NCBI RefSeq assembly: GCF_009914755.1
Contig: NC_060925.1
From: the human T2T-CHM13v2.0 reference genome, Homo sapiens
Length of the DNA: 64,000 bases
Reading direction: 5' to 3' (one strand)
Both the position numbers and the translations under genes were made by a program. The notes beneath the pieces were generated by a model that saw nothing but the letters and a program-made list of their open reading frames with translations, was not told where the DNA came from and searched no databases. Below, one piece after another: positions 12,831-25,227 of the stretch (within the stretch, counting starts at the first letter, position 1; every line of letters starts with the position of its first letter).

Positions 12831-13659
12831 GTGTCAAGCTGTGCACCAGGGAGCCTCCCCAGATTAGGGACACCCTCTGTACCCCATCTGCTCTCAAGCA
12901 GTCCTGCAATGGCAGACAGGAGCCCAGCCTCCCTCCGCCAGCACAGTGCAGACACTTGCAGCTTCCAGCAGGCCACGGCAGCACCAGCTCTAACAGCAAC
13001 CACAAATTAGACTTGTAAATTAGGGTTTGGCTAATTGTGACTTTATGGACTAGTAGTAGATATTCCTTTAAAAACCCTGTCTGTAAACACACAGCGGCCC
13101 TGCTGAGCGAGTGCCTAGTTGTATAAAATTTCTTTTAGGCAGAAATATATGGGCTGTGCTAGCTGACCCTCCGGGACGGCATCTCATTCGTTATGTTTTT
13201 TTCTCCTCCCCGTGCCTTAAATGGTGCCGCGTGAAGCTAATCCACCAACGAGGTTGCCTCTCGCTTCACCCCATAAATCCTTGTCTTGCAGTTGCCCTGG
13301 GCACAGCCACCTGCCTGTGGCACAGTGACACGGTCACAACTGGGTGTCACCCCACTTCTCAAAAAGCTTAAGGCCTTGTCCTCCTGGGGTCAGGGGGCAC
13401 CTGGACAGTGGGGAGCATGAAAGAAAAAGAACTCCGAGCCAGAAGGTGAGACCTCAGATTCTCTTTAGAACAAGCCTCACATCCCCCATTCCCCATCCTC
13501 ACCTGGCGAGACTAGCACTGGGCTGGAGGGTTCAACTGTAGCACATGCATATTTAACAAGGTGGATGGGAGGTGGCAGGGAGGGCTGAGGGAAGGACATT
13601 ACCCCTACCCTACCCTTCTGCAAGACAAAGAGCTCTGGCTTTGAGCTCAAACTGCCCTA

Positions 13660-13835
13660 GGCTTGTAGAGCACTGACTAATGGCACCAGGCACTTAGCTC
13701 GCCTGGCCGTCCTCACATAAACCTATGCAGGAGGTACTGAGCTCATCCCCATTCTGCAGATGAGAAGACTGAGGCACAAAGCAGTTATGAAATCTGTGCA
13801 GGGTCAGCTGGTAAGCTGGGGAGATGGGATCCAAC
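13660..13835 (-). mobile_element. MIR
   Basis: CATCCCCATTCTGCAGATGAGAAGACTGAGGCACA..GGTCAGCTGGTAAG. Confidence 0.75.
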
Positions 13836-13892
13836 CCCCATGTCCTTATCCCCCATGTCCTTATCCAAGCTCCAACCCCCATGTCCTTATCC
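13835..13892. repeat. Three copies of CCCCCATGTCCTTATC
   Basis: Seen directly: two adjacent copies and a third after a short spacer. Confidence 0.9.
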
Positions 13893-13949
13893 ACCATGAC
13901 GTTTCATCTATTAGACCTCTACACGGCAAGTTAATCATCCTGAGCATCT

Positions 13950-14152
13950 GTGCACCAAATCCGGCCCACTGCCTGTTTTTGTAAATAAAGTTTTATTGGA
14001 ACATGGTCATGTCCATTTGTTTACACATTGTCTATGGCACCTTTTCATGTGACAAGGACAGAGTTGAGTAGTTGCAACAGAGACTATACAGCCTGCCAAG
14101 CCTAAGCTGTTTAACTTTAGGCTCTTTACAGAAAAAGTCTGCTAACCCTTGA
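13950..14152 (+). mobile_element. MER58A-like hAT-Charlie element inside a MIR
   Basis: CCAAATCCGGCCCACTGCCTGTTTTTGTAAATAAAGTTTTATTGGAACA..TTTACAGAAAAAGTCTGCTAACCC. Confidence 0.85.
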
Positions 14153-14293
14153 TCCTGAACCTTGTTTTCTCATCTGCTCAATGACAGCAGTGGCGAGGCT
14201 CGCTCTTGAGGCTGTCGGGCAGATGAAATGAGATCACTTGCACACAGGTGCAGTGAGCGCCCAAACATAGCCAGCCTCAACAAGCATTATGCC

Positions 14294-14596
14294 TTTTTTT
14301 TTCCTTTTCTTTTTCTTTTGGGATGGAGTCTCGCTCTGTCACCCAGGCTGGAATGCAGTGGTCTTGGCTCACTGCAACCTCCACCTCCCGGGTTCACGTG
14401 ATTCTCCTGCCTCAGCTGCCTGAGTAGCTGGGACTACAGGCACCTGCCACCAAGCCTGGATAATTTTTTTGTATTTTTAGTAGAGACGGGGTTTCACCAT
14501 ATTAGCCGGGATGGTCTCGATCTCCTGACCTCGTGATCCGCCCGCCTCGGCCTCCCAAAGTGCTGGGATTACAGGCGTGAGCCACCACGCCTGGCC
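14294..14596 (-). mobile_element. AluSc/Y-like
   Basis: Poly(T) head; GGATGGTCTCGATCTCCTGACCTCGTGATCCGCCC diagnostic segment. Confidence 0.93.
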
Positions 14597-14751
14597 GGTG
14601 TTACACCTTTTCTTTTCCCACTTGTCTTCATCTCCCGCTCCCATACACACGCATCCTTGACTGCCACTGCCCCCATCACAACATATTCACTGGGCACCAA
14701 AGGCACATAGCAGGAGAGGCTGATCTGGATTTAGGGACTCCAAGCTGTTAG

Positions 14752-15160
<409 letters not shown>

Positions 15161-15509
15161 TAAGAATAGAAAGATATTTTTAAAAAGGAATTTTGTTATT
15201 GCAACTCAACCACAGAATGAGTTAAGTCTCCACATGCAGCCACATACACTCGAGAAAAGTCACTAAATAAACAGTCCTTAATTTGCACAGGATCAAGCCC
15301 TGACCCATTTTTGGGTCTTGCCATTGTAAATAGCCTCTTGATGGTTGTCTATGTATCACCGACCCAGTTTTCTTCCCTGTGTACCAAAGGTTGGACTCTC
15401 TTCAGCCCCAGCAGATGCTCAGTTTATTTAAATTACTTCATTTACATATTTGAACATTTGAATTACATTTTGTTTATAACTATTGTCAGTTAATAAATAT
15501 ATGGTGCAT

Positions 15510-15690
15510 GGAGGTTGTCATATACAGCTATGTAGGCTGTGCATTGCACAAATCTAGAAGACACTGATCACACTTTGTGTTCATAGATTTGTATATGAAT
15601 TAGGATGACTATCTATGACTATCAGATGACAATAGAATATTTTGAGGAAGAGGCTCCGTTTTTGGATTTGCACAGAGGACCGTGAACTGG
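15510..15690. mobile_element. MER91-like DNA transposon fragment
   Basis: TACAGCTATGTAGGCTGTGCATTGCACAA..ATTTGCACAGAGG. Confidence 0.45.
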
Positions 15691-16384
15691 GTTCTGAGGA
15701 AAGAGCTGCAAACACAAAACCTGGAGTCGCTGTCCTCATGGAGTTCATAGTCTAGTAAGAAAATAAGATGAAGGAGCGGCAATAACAAGAGGGATGATGA
15801 GAGGACAGGGAGCTGGGGGTGCTCTGGGGACTCTGGGAGTGGCATGAGTGGGAGTCAGCTGGGTGGTGGGGCGGGAGGGAGAGAGGGCAGAATTGGGGGA
15901 TGTTCTAGGCCAGGCAGCAGTGAGGGAATGGGTGACTTCTCTCTAAAGAAGGGTCCTGGCTGACTCACTTCTTAGTTGTCCGCCTCCTCAGAGGAGCGGG
16001 CTGTACTTTCTCCTGGACTTCCCCGGGAGCAGGGGTTTTGTGTCACACCTAATAAAGGAAGAAGGCAGAACATTCTGGCTCGTTCAGTGGTAACGGCCTG
16101 CGTGCCGGAACACGGCCGATGGATAAGTACACTTTGTGTTTAGGCACCCGGTGACCCGGAACACACTGTACCTGGGAGAATGAGCACAGGAGCCAGTGTG
16201 GCTTAGCAGGTGGCTCAGCCACGCAGCGAGCATCAGCGGAACCAGGGAGGGCCCAGGAGCTTGCTGAGCTGCTGCCCCTGGCAGGAACCAGGGCAGGGCC
16301 CCAGGACTCAGCCCCATCTTGTCCTGGCCTTGTCCTTGGTTTCTGTCGCTTTGGGCTCTTCCCAGCAGAGCAGCAGGCAAGGCC

Positions 16385-16530
16385 AGAGTAGTACTTATGA
16401 GCAGAGGTTGCCTGTGTTTGAATCCCATCTCTGCCATCTCTGAGCTGTGTGACCCTGGGCAAGTTACTAAACCTCTCTGAGCCTCTGTTTCCTAGCAAAT
16501 GTCATAATAAGAGAAGCTAGCTCATAGGAT
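16385..16530 (+). mobile_element. MIR
   Basis: TTTGAATCCCATCTCTGCCA..GCTGTGTGACCCTGGGCAAGTTACTAAACCTCTCTGAGCCTC. Confidence 0.85.
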
Positions 16531-17759
16531 CGTTCATTCATTCAATACTTATTAATGGAGTTTCTTCTGGAAGCAGGCAGCAGGACCCTGCCCTCAGGAA
16601 ACTCACATGCAGGCATCCCGTGAAAATCCAGTAAGAAAATCTGTATTCAGGGCACAGCACAGAGCCTGGCTCCTGGGAGGGCTCGTGACAATCTGCTCAG
16701 CCACCTTCCTCTTCTGTCAGTGTGCTGTCCAGACAGAGGCAGAAGCAGCAGCAAATTTGTGGGTGGCCAGGGTGAGCGGAAATGAAGTTCCAGTAAATCA
16801 TGGATGTAAGGCACAGAGCTCAGCTGTCCTGTGCAGGGAACCTGAGGGGCCACAGGTAGGGCTGAGAGATTTCAGGGCTTCCACTCCTGATGGGGTGGAG
16901 ACGATTCACTCACCACTCCATCACCAAGGTGTCAGGATAATTTATTGTGATACTGACCTGTGTATGTGCGGTCTTTACACACGCACACAACACACACACA
17001 CACACCAGGTAGCTGGGCTTAATTTTCCCTTGCCTGGGGTGGGGAGTGGTTTGCAGGGGGAGAAAACAGAAGCCCTCACACTTTGGGGAAATCTTCAACC
17101 CCCTGGAGAGATGCTATCTGAGAAAATGGGAGCCAGGGCCTTTGGAGCCAAGAGAGAGGGAGGAGCAGGAAGGAGCAGAACCTCTGCAGAGAGAAAGGGG
17201 ATAAGGTACCCCGAAACCACTCACTCCTGCATGCTCCGCCCTCGTGCTGGGAAAAGGCTCCACCCTGAGCCGGAGGTCACAGCTGACTCGAGCTGGCCCA
17301 TAGTGCCGTTGCAGCCCCTTGACTGCAGTGGACCGTGGGTTTCAGTGGCAGCTACCGGACCCGGACCTGGAAGGACGGGAGGCTGAGCTGCACGGTGCCA
17401 CCCCAGGAGGAGAGCCTGTTTGAAGCCAACACAGAAGCTGCCAGCCAGTGCAGAGAGAACTGGGCACTGGAAGCCAGGTGCACCCCTAGTTCCGCTGCAG
17501 GAACCAATGTGCTTCCTTTTCCGCGTAAGCCACATTGAGTGGGGTTTTCTCACCAGGATTGGTAGCAGCCGCCTGGAGCACTATGTTGGCGAGGATTCTG
17601 GGGTTGGGGGAGGACTGCCACACACAATTTTCTGGGTCTGCCACATACATGTCCCCTACTGGCTACCCTGACCCAGAGGCACCAGGCAGAAGCAATCAGC
17701 CCATGGGCACCACCAAAAATGACCCAAGAGTTGGAGAAGTGGCCAGTGCTGACTCTCTA

Positions 17760-17940
17760 GGCAGCAGAGTGCAATGGTTTAGCCCACATGCTCCAGAAGC
17801 AGACTCTGCGGGTTCAAATCCCAGCTCCGCCACTTATCAGCTATGGAAGCCTGGACAATTTACTGTATCTCCTTCTGCCTCAGTTTCCCCATTTGTAGCA
17901 CAGAGATGATGAAAAGTGCCTATCTGGTGGGGTTTTTGGA
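17760..17940 (+). mobile_element. MIR
   Basis: GGGTTCAAATCCCAGCTCCGCCACTTA..GCCTCAGTTTCCCCATTTGTA. Confidence 0.8.
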
Positions 17941-18113
17941 GAGAAACACATAGTGTGTCTCCAGTAAGTGTGAATTCATAAGGGTTAAATTCATGTGTAT
18001 AGTGCTAGTTGCATTTCTAGGCTATCAGCTCCTGCTTTTCTCCCATACAAACGCATGCACACCTGCACACACACATGCACACTTGCACACATACACACAC
18101 ACTCAACCTCTTC

Positions 18114-18456
18114 CTTGCCAGCCCCACAATCGTGTGAGCCAATCCTTAAATTTCTTTCTCTATGTATATACACATATATGGTACACATATGTACAGATAT
18201 ATATATACACACACAAACACACACATACACATAGATAGATGGATAGCTATAACTATAGATATATCTTACTGATTCTGTTTCTCTGGAGATTCCTAATTAA
18301 TACAGATACCTACCAAGTTTTCTGGAGCCCTCTTTGACAAAGGGGGGGCGGTCTCAGATATCATAGCTCAGACCTGTGCATCAGCCATTAGACGTGTCAG
18401 ATGGGACGACCCAGCATGTGTCTAAAGCAGTGATTCATCCCTTGACAAGCCCAAAG
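18114..18456. repeat. Left arm of a ~340-bp inverted duplication (MLT2 3' end 18114-18304 plus flank 18305-18456)
   Basis: Reverse complement of 19283-19624, e.g. GATGGGACGACCCAGCATGTGTCTAAAGCAGTGATTCATCCCTTGA versus TCAAGGGATGAATCACTGCTTTAGACACATGCTGGGTCGTCCCATC. Confidence 0.97.
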
Positions 18457-19282
18457 CCTCCTCTTCAGAAACAGTGAAGAACTGCCTGGAGGCCGTGGCC
18501 ATGTCTCGGGATAGACTTGGCATTTACTACCCAAGTTTTCAGAACCACTAGTGGCACTTGTAGGGTCAGCTCCTGAAAGCTCCATTCAGCTGGATGCAGG
18601 TGGCCACAGCAGACACCATATTTGCCCAGGAGCTAAGCCAGGGCCATGTAGAATCAAAAAGATTTTTAAAAACAGCGCCCCCTGCCATGTGGGTTAATGT
18701 GGTGGCTTTGGTTCCTGCGGAGGCGAAGGGAAATGACAAGCTTGAAAAGATTAGGAGGCTGCAGGTAGGCAAGAGTGGGGAGGAAACAGCTTTCTTCTGC
18801 AAGCACTGCAGCAAAGCTCCTCCCCTGGGAACATTCGGCAGCTCTGGCCAAGGCAGGAAGTATGACCTTGCTTGCCCTGGTCACCTCCAGTTTAGCCCTT
18901 TCTTATACCAAGGGACCAGGGGTCTCTGGACCCACTCAGACCTGAGATGCTCTACATGTTCAGCTGGGCATGTCTCCCAAGTAAAAAGCAAAGAGCAAAT
19001 CAATTGCGCTATCCGTGTAGGGTAGGGGGTTCCATTTTTCTCTACTTCCAACATTTGTTTAAAGTTACACTTACACAGTCCTCACCACACACCAGGCACT
19101 TTGCAAATATTAATCCTTGAAATCCTCACAACCAATCTCTGTGGGCCCAGTCCAGGTAGAGCCGAGGCTCAGAGGGATTGAACAATTTGCACAGGGTCAC
19201 ACAGCCAAGAAGTGAGTCTGGCTACAGAGTCCATGCCCCCGATCACTACTCCACACTGCCTTGCAAAAATGTGACGACTGCT

Positions 19283-19624
19283 CTTTGGGCTTTTCAAGGG
19301 ATGAATCACTGCTTTAGACACATGCTGGGTCGTCCCATCCGACACATCTAATGGCTGATGCACAGGTCTGAGCTGTGATATCTGAGACCCTCCCTCATCA
19401 AAGAGGGCTCCAGAACACTTGGTAGGTATCTGTATTAATTAGGGATCTCCAGAGAAACAGAGTCAGTAAGATAAACCCATAGTTATAGCTAGCTAGCTAT
19501 CTCTGTATATGTGTGTGTCTATATATATATCTGTACATATGTGTACCATATATGTGTATATACATAGAGAGAGAAAGAGAGATTTATTTTAAGGATTGGC
19601 TCACATAATTATGGGGCTGGCAAG
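19283..19624. repeat. Right arm of the inverted duplication
   Basis: Pairs with the left arm; roughly 90% identity by eye. Confidence 0.97.
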
Positions 19625-19981
19625 TCGGAAATTCCCAGCACAGCCTGGAGATTCAGGTAGCAGTTGATGTTGCCATCTGGAGTTTGAAATCTGTGGGGCA
19701 GGCCAGCAGGCCAGAAACTCAGGCAGGGTTTCTGTGTTGCAGCTGAGGCAGAATTGCTTCTTCTGCAGGAAACTTCAGTCTCTGTTCTTGAGGCCTTCCA
19801 CTGATTAGACGAGGCCCACCCACATTGTGGAGGGTCATCTGCTTTCCTCAAGGTAAACTGGTTGTAAATGTGAACCACATCTAAAAAATACCCCCACCGC
19901 AGCATCCATCTAGAGGAGTGTTTGACCAAACAGCTGGGCGCTGTGGCCTAGCCAAGGTGATGCAGGACATGAACCACCATA
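19431..19981 (-). mobile_element. MLT2 (C/D-like) ERVL solo LTR, complete
   Basis: TGTATTAATTAGGGATCTCCAGAGAAACAGA..GATTGGCTCACA..GAGGCCCACCCACATT..GTGTTTGACCAAA..AACCACCATA. Confidence 0.85.
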
Positions 19982-20773
19982 AGATCCAGGCAGGCACGTG
20001 AATTCTAAAGGAAAGATGCTTTGCTGGGAAGTCAGGCAGCTGTGGCCAGCTCTGCCATTGACTCTTTCCCAAAGCACTGGTCAGCTGATCTGGTGCGTCC
20101 TGGGGACCCCCTCACCTCCTTAGGATGACAGTGCATCAAAGGGGACAGAGGAAGAAACAGACAAAGAAGCCAGCTCCATCTTGGGCAGGACTGGTCCTTC
20201 TCCCATCCTGAGCCCTGCTGTGTGCAGGACAGACGACTGATGTCTCCGGAGCTAGATTCCAGAAGGTGCCCACCACCATTCTGGCGTTTGGCAGGAGCAA
20301 AGCCAGGACACACCTGCCCAGTGCAAAGGTCCTGAAACAAATGACACCCAACTGACCCCACAGCAGTCGGGGGGCAAGCTGATTGACAAAAGCTAAGTTT
20401 ATCTATGTCTTTTCAGCTCAGAAACCATAAAAAGCCAACTTCAAGTTCAGACGGCTCCTAGTAGATCCCAGAACCATCCAAGCCCCATCCAAGATCATCA
20501 TTTTGGTTTCTTTCTTCGCATGGTTGAGGAAGAGGCGGGGCTACTTCTGCCCGAAGGCCATGGCCCAAGCCTCCAGGCCTCTCTGACTGTCAAGGTTGAA
20601 TCATGTCCCTGTCCCCCAAATTTATATGTTGAAGTCCTAACCCCCAGTACCTACAGAGTGTGTCCTTATTTGGAGATGAGGTCTTTATAGAGGCAACTAA
20701 GTTAAAATGAGGTCTTAAATTAAGGTAGACACTAATCAAATATGACGAGTGTCCTTATAAATAAGGGAAATTT

Positions 20774-21062
20774 AGCCAGGCACATTGGCTCACATCTGTA
20801 ATCCTAGCACTTTGAGAGGCCATGGTAGGAGGATCACTTGAGCCCAGGAGTTCGAGACCAGCCTGGGCAACACAGTGGGATCCCATCGCTACAAAAAATT
20901 TAAAAATTAGCTGGGCATGGTGGTGCACACCTGTAGTCTCAGCTACTCTGGAGCCTGAGGTAGGAGGATGGATTGAGCCTGGGAGGTCAAGGTTGCAGTG
21001 AGCCATGACCACACCATTGCACTCTAGCCTGGATGACAGAGTGAGTCCCTGTCTCAAAAAAA
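20774..21062 (+). mobile_element. AluJ
   Basis: Dimer with J-type GAGCCCAGGAGTTCGAG and GGTCAAGGTTGCAG. Confidence 0.92.
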
Positions 21063-21226
21063 GATGGGGGGGTTTAGACACAGACACACAGAGAGGGAAG
21101 ACAATAGGAAGAGGCACAGGAAGAAAATGGCCATCTGCAAGCGCAGGAGAGAGGCCTGAAACAGACCCCTCCCTCGTAGCCCTCAGAAGGAACCCTCCCT
21201 CTGATGCCTTGATTTCTTTTACTTTC

Positions 21227-21538
21227 CTTTTTTTTTTTTTTTTTGAGATAAAATCTCGCTCTGTCATCCAGGCTGGAGTGCAGTGGCATAATCTTGGCTC
21301 ACTGTAACCTCTGCTCACTGCAACCGCCACCTCCCGGGTTCAGCAATTCTCCCGCCTCAGCCTCCCGAGTAGCTGGGACTCTAGGCATGCACCATCACAC
21401 CTGGCTAATTTTTGTATTTTTAGTAGAGACGGGGTTTCGCCATGTTGGCCAGGCTGGTGAACTCCTGGCCTCAAGTGATCCTCCCGCCTCGGCCTCCCAA
21501 AGTGCTGGGATTACAAGCATGAGCCACCACACCTGGCC
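21227..21538 (-). mobile_element. AluS
   Basis: Antisense dimer; degenerate TSD CTGATGCCTTGAT / CTGACACCTTGAC. Confidence 0.92.
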
Positions 21539-22101
21539 CTGACACCTTGACTTCGGACTTCTGGCCTCCAGAACTGTGAGATGGGAATCTTTGCTGTTGA
21601 AGCCGCATAGTCTGGGGTGATTTGTTGTGGCAGCCCCGCGACACTAATTCAATGCAAGGACCACGGACCCAAACAGCAGCCTTCCTGATTCAGCCTCAGA
21701 TCGTGGGCAGCCCGGGCACAGGCCACTTCTTCTCCCTCCTTCCCCCTTCCCACAGCCCTTGCCTTGGAAAGAAAGTCCTCTTCTTCCACCTCCCAAAAGT
21801 GGGTTTAAAAAAAAAAAAGTTCTTTTTCCATCTCAGACCCCAGAACCTGTGGAAAGGGGATTGGGGGGTTCAGGAAAGCAGAGAAAAGGGGCCTGCACCA
21901 TGTGGTAGGGGTCCTTCACCCATCATCTCACCGGAGGCCAAGGGGAGGGAGAGCAGGAAAGTGGGCGGTTTCTGGAGCTGGATAGCCTGGGTGTGAGTCC
22001 TGCCTCAGTATTCACGTGCTCTGTGACCTTGGGAAAGCTACTTAACCTCTCTGTGCCTCAGTTTTCTCATCTTTAAAGTGGGGCTAATCATCATACCTGC
22101 C

Positions 22102-22544
22102 TATATTAGTCAGGGTTCTCTAGAGGGACAGAACTCATGGAATAGATATATATATAAAGGAGAGTTTATTAAGTATTAACTCACACGATCACGCAGTCCC
22201 ACAATAGGCTGTCTACAGGCTGAGGAGCAAGGAGAACCAGTCCAAGTTCCAAAACTGAAGAACTTGGAGTCCGATGTTCAAGGGCAGAAAGCATCCAGCA
22301 CAGGAGAAGATGTAGGCTGGGAGGCTAGGCCAGTCTCTCCTTTCACGTTTTTCTGCCTGCTTATATTTTAGCCTCGCTGGCAGCTGATTAGATGGTGCCC
22401 ACCCAGATTAAGGGTGGGTCTGCCTTTCCCAGCCCACTGACTCAAATGTTAATCTCCTTTGGCAACACCTTCACAGACACACCCAGGATCCATACTTTGT
22501 ATCCTTCAATCCAATGAAGTTGACACTCAGTGTTAACCATCACA
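22102..22544 (-). mobile_element. MLT2A-like ERVL solo LTR inserted in a MIR
   Basis: TATATTAGTCAGGGTTCTCTAGAGGGACAGAACT..TTAACCATCACA; perfect 5-bp TSD CTGCC; MIR halves at ~21965-22101 and ~22545-22650. Confidence 0.9.
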
Positions 22545-23107
22545 CTGCCCAGAGGGCTGCCGTGAAGATTAAATGAGTTAAGGTGCATAAAGCACTTAAG
22601 CAGCATATCTGGTACAGGTGGCCTGTGACAGACGTCGGCTGTTATTATTATCCCCATGACAACACGTGGGGAAGAGGCTGGTGGTCTGTTTTCCTGATGT
22701 GGAGCTAGGCCCAGAGAGTTAAACATGCATTTAGGAAAGTGGCCGAGCGATTGGGGCCTAGGCTGTCTCACCAGCCACCTGCATATTCCCTGCTTCACCG
22801 GAGCAGCCCCAACCTGTCCCCAACCCACAGCTCCCGCAGCCTGCCCCGTCTCAGTCCAAACCCCTATGTCAGCCTGACTGCTCTTTCACATCCCTCAACC
22901 AGCCCAACAGCAAGTCCCCTCAGCGCCGCCTTCTACATCCAGAACCCGTGGTTCCTCGTCTCCTCCCAGCACCTGCTGGCCCAAGCCTGGAGTGCCACAG
23001 GGTCTCCCTGCCAGGATCCAGCAGCTGCCCTTCCGGCCCCTGCAGCTTCTTCTCCAGAAGCAGCAGCTGGAGGATTCTGTTAAATCCTAAATCAGATTGT
23101 GCTCCCA

Positions 23108-23704
<597 letters not shown>

Positions 23705-23710
<6 letters not shown>

Positions 23711-23727
23711 TCTCTGTCTCTCTCTCT

Positions 23728-23763
<36 letters not shown>

Positions 23764-23770
23764 CACACAC
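23705..23770. repeat. (TC)n(CA)n microsatellite in place of the Alu tail
   Basis: Seen directly. Confidence 0.9.
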
Positions 23771-23779
23771 AAGACTGCA

Positions 23780-24260
23780 CCCCTGCTGTGCTTAGACCCT
23801 TCCAATGGCTCCCTTCTGACTTAAGGCATTGACCCCAAGGTCCTGCATCCTCTGGCACTGGTCACTCGCTCACCTGCTCCAGCGAGTTCCTCAAACTCAC
23901 TGCCCTGCTCCATCGCGTCTACCTCAGATGCTCTCCCTCCACAGACCCACAGGGCTCACACCCACCCCTGCTGCTGGTCTTTTTGTTCACAGGCCACCTC
24001 CTCAGAGAGCCTTTACGGACCACACTGTTTAAAATTACAAATCCCCCCAACCAGCCCCACTCCCCACTTTACCTCATCACCATCCCACAAGCCATAGTTA
24101 TTAGTAACCATTTACCTATTTATCTTGTTCTACTTGATTTTTTTCCACTAGAATCTAAGTCCCAGGAGGCAAGAATACTTGCCTGCTATATTCCCAGTGC
24201 CTTAAAACTGGGCGTGGAGCATAGCAGGTGCTCAGTGAATGTTTATTGAATGAGAGAATG
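23780..24260 (+). mobile_element. L2 3' region
   Basis: CCTTCCAATGGCTCCC..CCACTAGAATCTAAGTCCCAGGAGG..CATAGCAGGTGCTCAGTGAATGTTTATTGAATGA. Confidence 0.7.
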
Positions 24261-24929
24261 ACCTGGTGGAGCTTAGAGAATGAGAAGCTGAGTTCAGCAC
24301 TCAATCCCTCCCCTCCTCTCCCCCTGGACAACATCAGTAATGCACACAGCTGCCCGCAGTGGGAGCTCAGTTAGTGGCTATGGGATCTGGATCTCCCTGT
24401 CTTTTATTTGGTGGCTGTTTAGAACATCATTTCTGAGCCCTTTCCATCTGTCGCTAAGTGACTGTGTTGATTTTCCTGTGTTGATTCTCTCCGGTGGAGA
24501 GAGAGCCCAGTCCCCACACAGAGCCATGTTCAGGGGTGGAGAATGGCTGTGTGTCACTGCTGGAACTAGTGAATGGCCGTTCACATCCAACACGTGCCCA
24601 AAGAGAGTCAGGATGAAAGAGGACGGCCAGGAGAGAGAGCAGAAAAAGAAGATAAAGCCTTTGGAACTCATTTTCATTGCCCCTACACCACAGCCAGAGT
24701 AATCGAAATGGAAGGTTAAAAAAAAATCACCCACAGTCCTGATTCTCAACAAATCATGCTGTGACACTTTTACTTGTGATTAGAGGCCTTCGGCAGAGGG
24801 CACAGTCAGAGGCTCCTGGGACACAGAACAGGGACGGGGTTCCAGAGCCCCTCCCAGGGTTCCCAGGTTCACTGCCGACTCCACCGGATGAGCCAGAATA
24901 GAAGCTGAGCCCACTTCGGCTTAGGTCCC

Positions 24930-25227
24930 TGCCTGGTACGGTGGCTCACACCTGTAATCTCAGCACTTTGGGAGGCCGATGTAGGCGGATCACTTGAGGT
25001 CAGGAGTTCGAGACAAGCCTGGCCAATATGGTAAAATCCTGTCTCTACTAAAATTACAAAAATTAGCCAGGCATGGTGGTGCAGGCCTCCCAGATACTCC
25101 AGAGGCTGAGGTGGGACGATCGCTGGAATCTGGGAGGCGGAGGTTGCAGTGAGCCGTGATCGCGCCATTGGATTCCAGCCTGGGAGACAGAGTGAGACCC
25201 TGTCTCAAAAAACAACAAAAACAACAA
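24930..25227 (+). mobile_element. AluS
   Basis: Dimer with TSD CTTAGGTCCC. Confidence 0.93.

Larger units (their letters stand above)
20588..21651 (+). mobile_element. MLT1B-like LTR interrupted by two Alus
   Basis: TATGTTGAAGTCCTAACCCCCAGTACC..CCCTCAGAAGGAACC..GACTTCTGGCCTCCAGAACTGTGAG. Confidence 0.85.

Noticed and set aside
15861-15879. G-quadruplex motif GGGTGGTGGGGCGGGAGGG
   Set aside because: Common in GC-rich human DNA; no supporting context.
16607-17386. Longest ORF (259 aa)
   Set aside because: It runs through a (CA)n repeat, shows no recognisable domain or exon structure, and is plausible by chance in GC-rich DNA.
18114-19624. Inverted arms as the terminal inverted repeats of a new DNA transposon
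   Set aside because: The right arm's outer end falls inside an intact MLT2 LTR, there is no TSD or transposase, and the spacer contains an ancestral MIR.
20755-21330. 191-aa ORF and other Alu-like peptides
   Set aside because: Alu/MLT1 translations.
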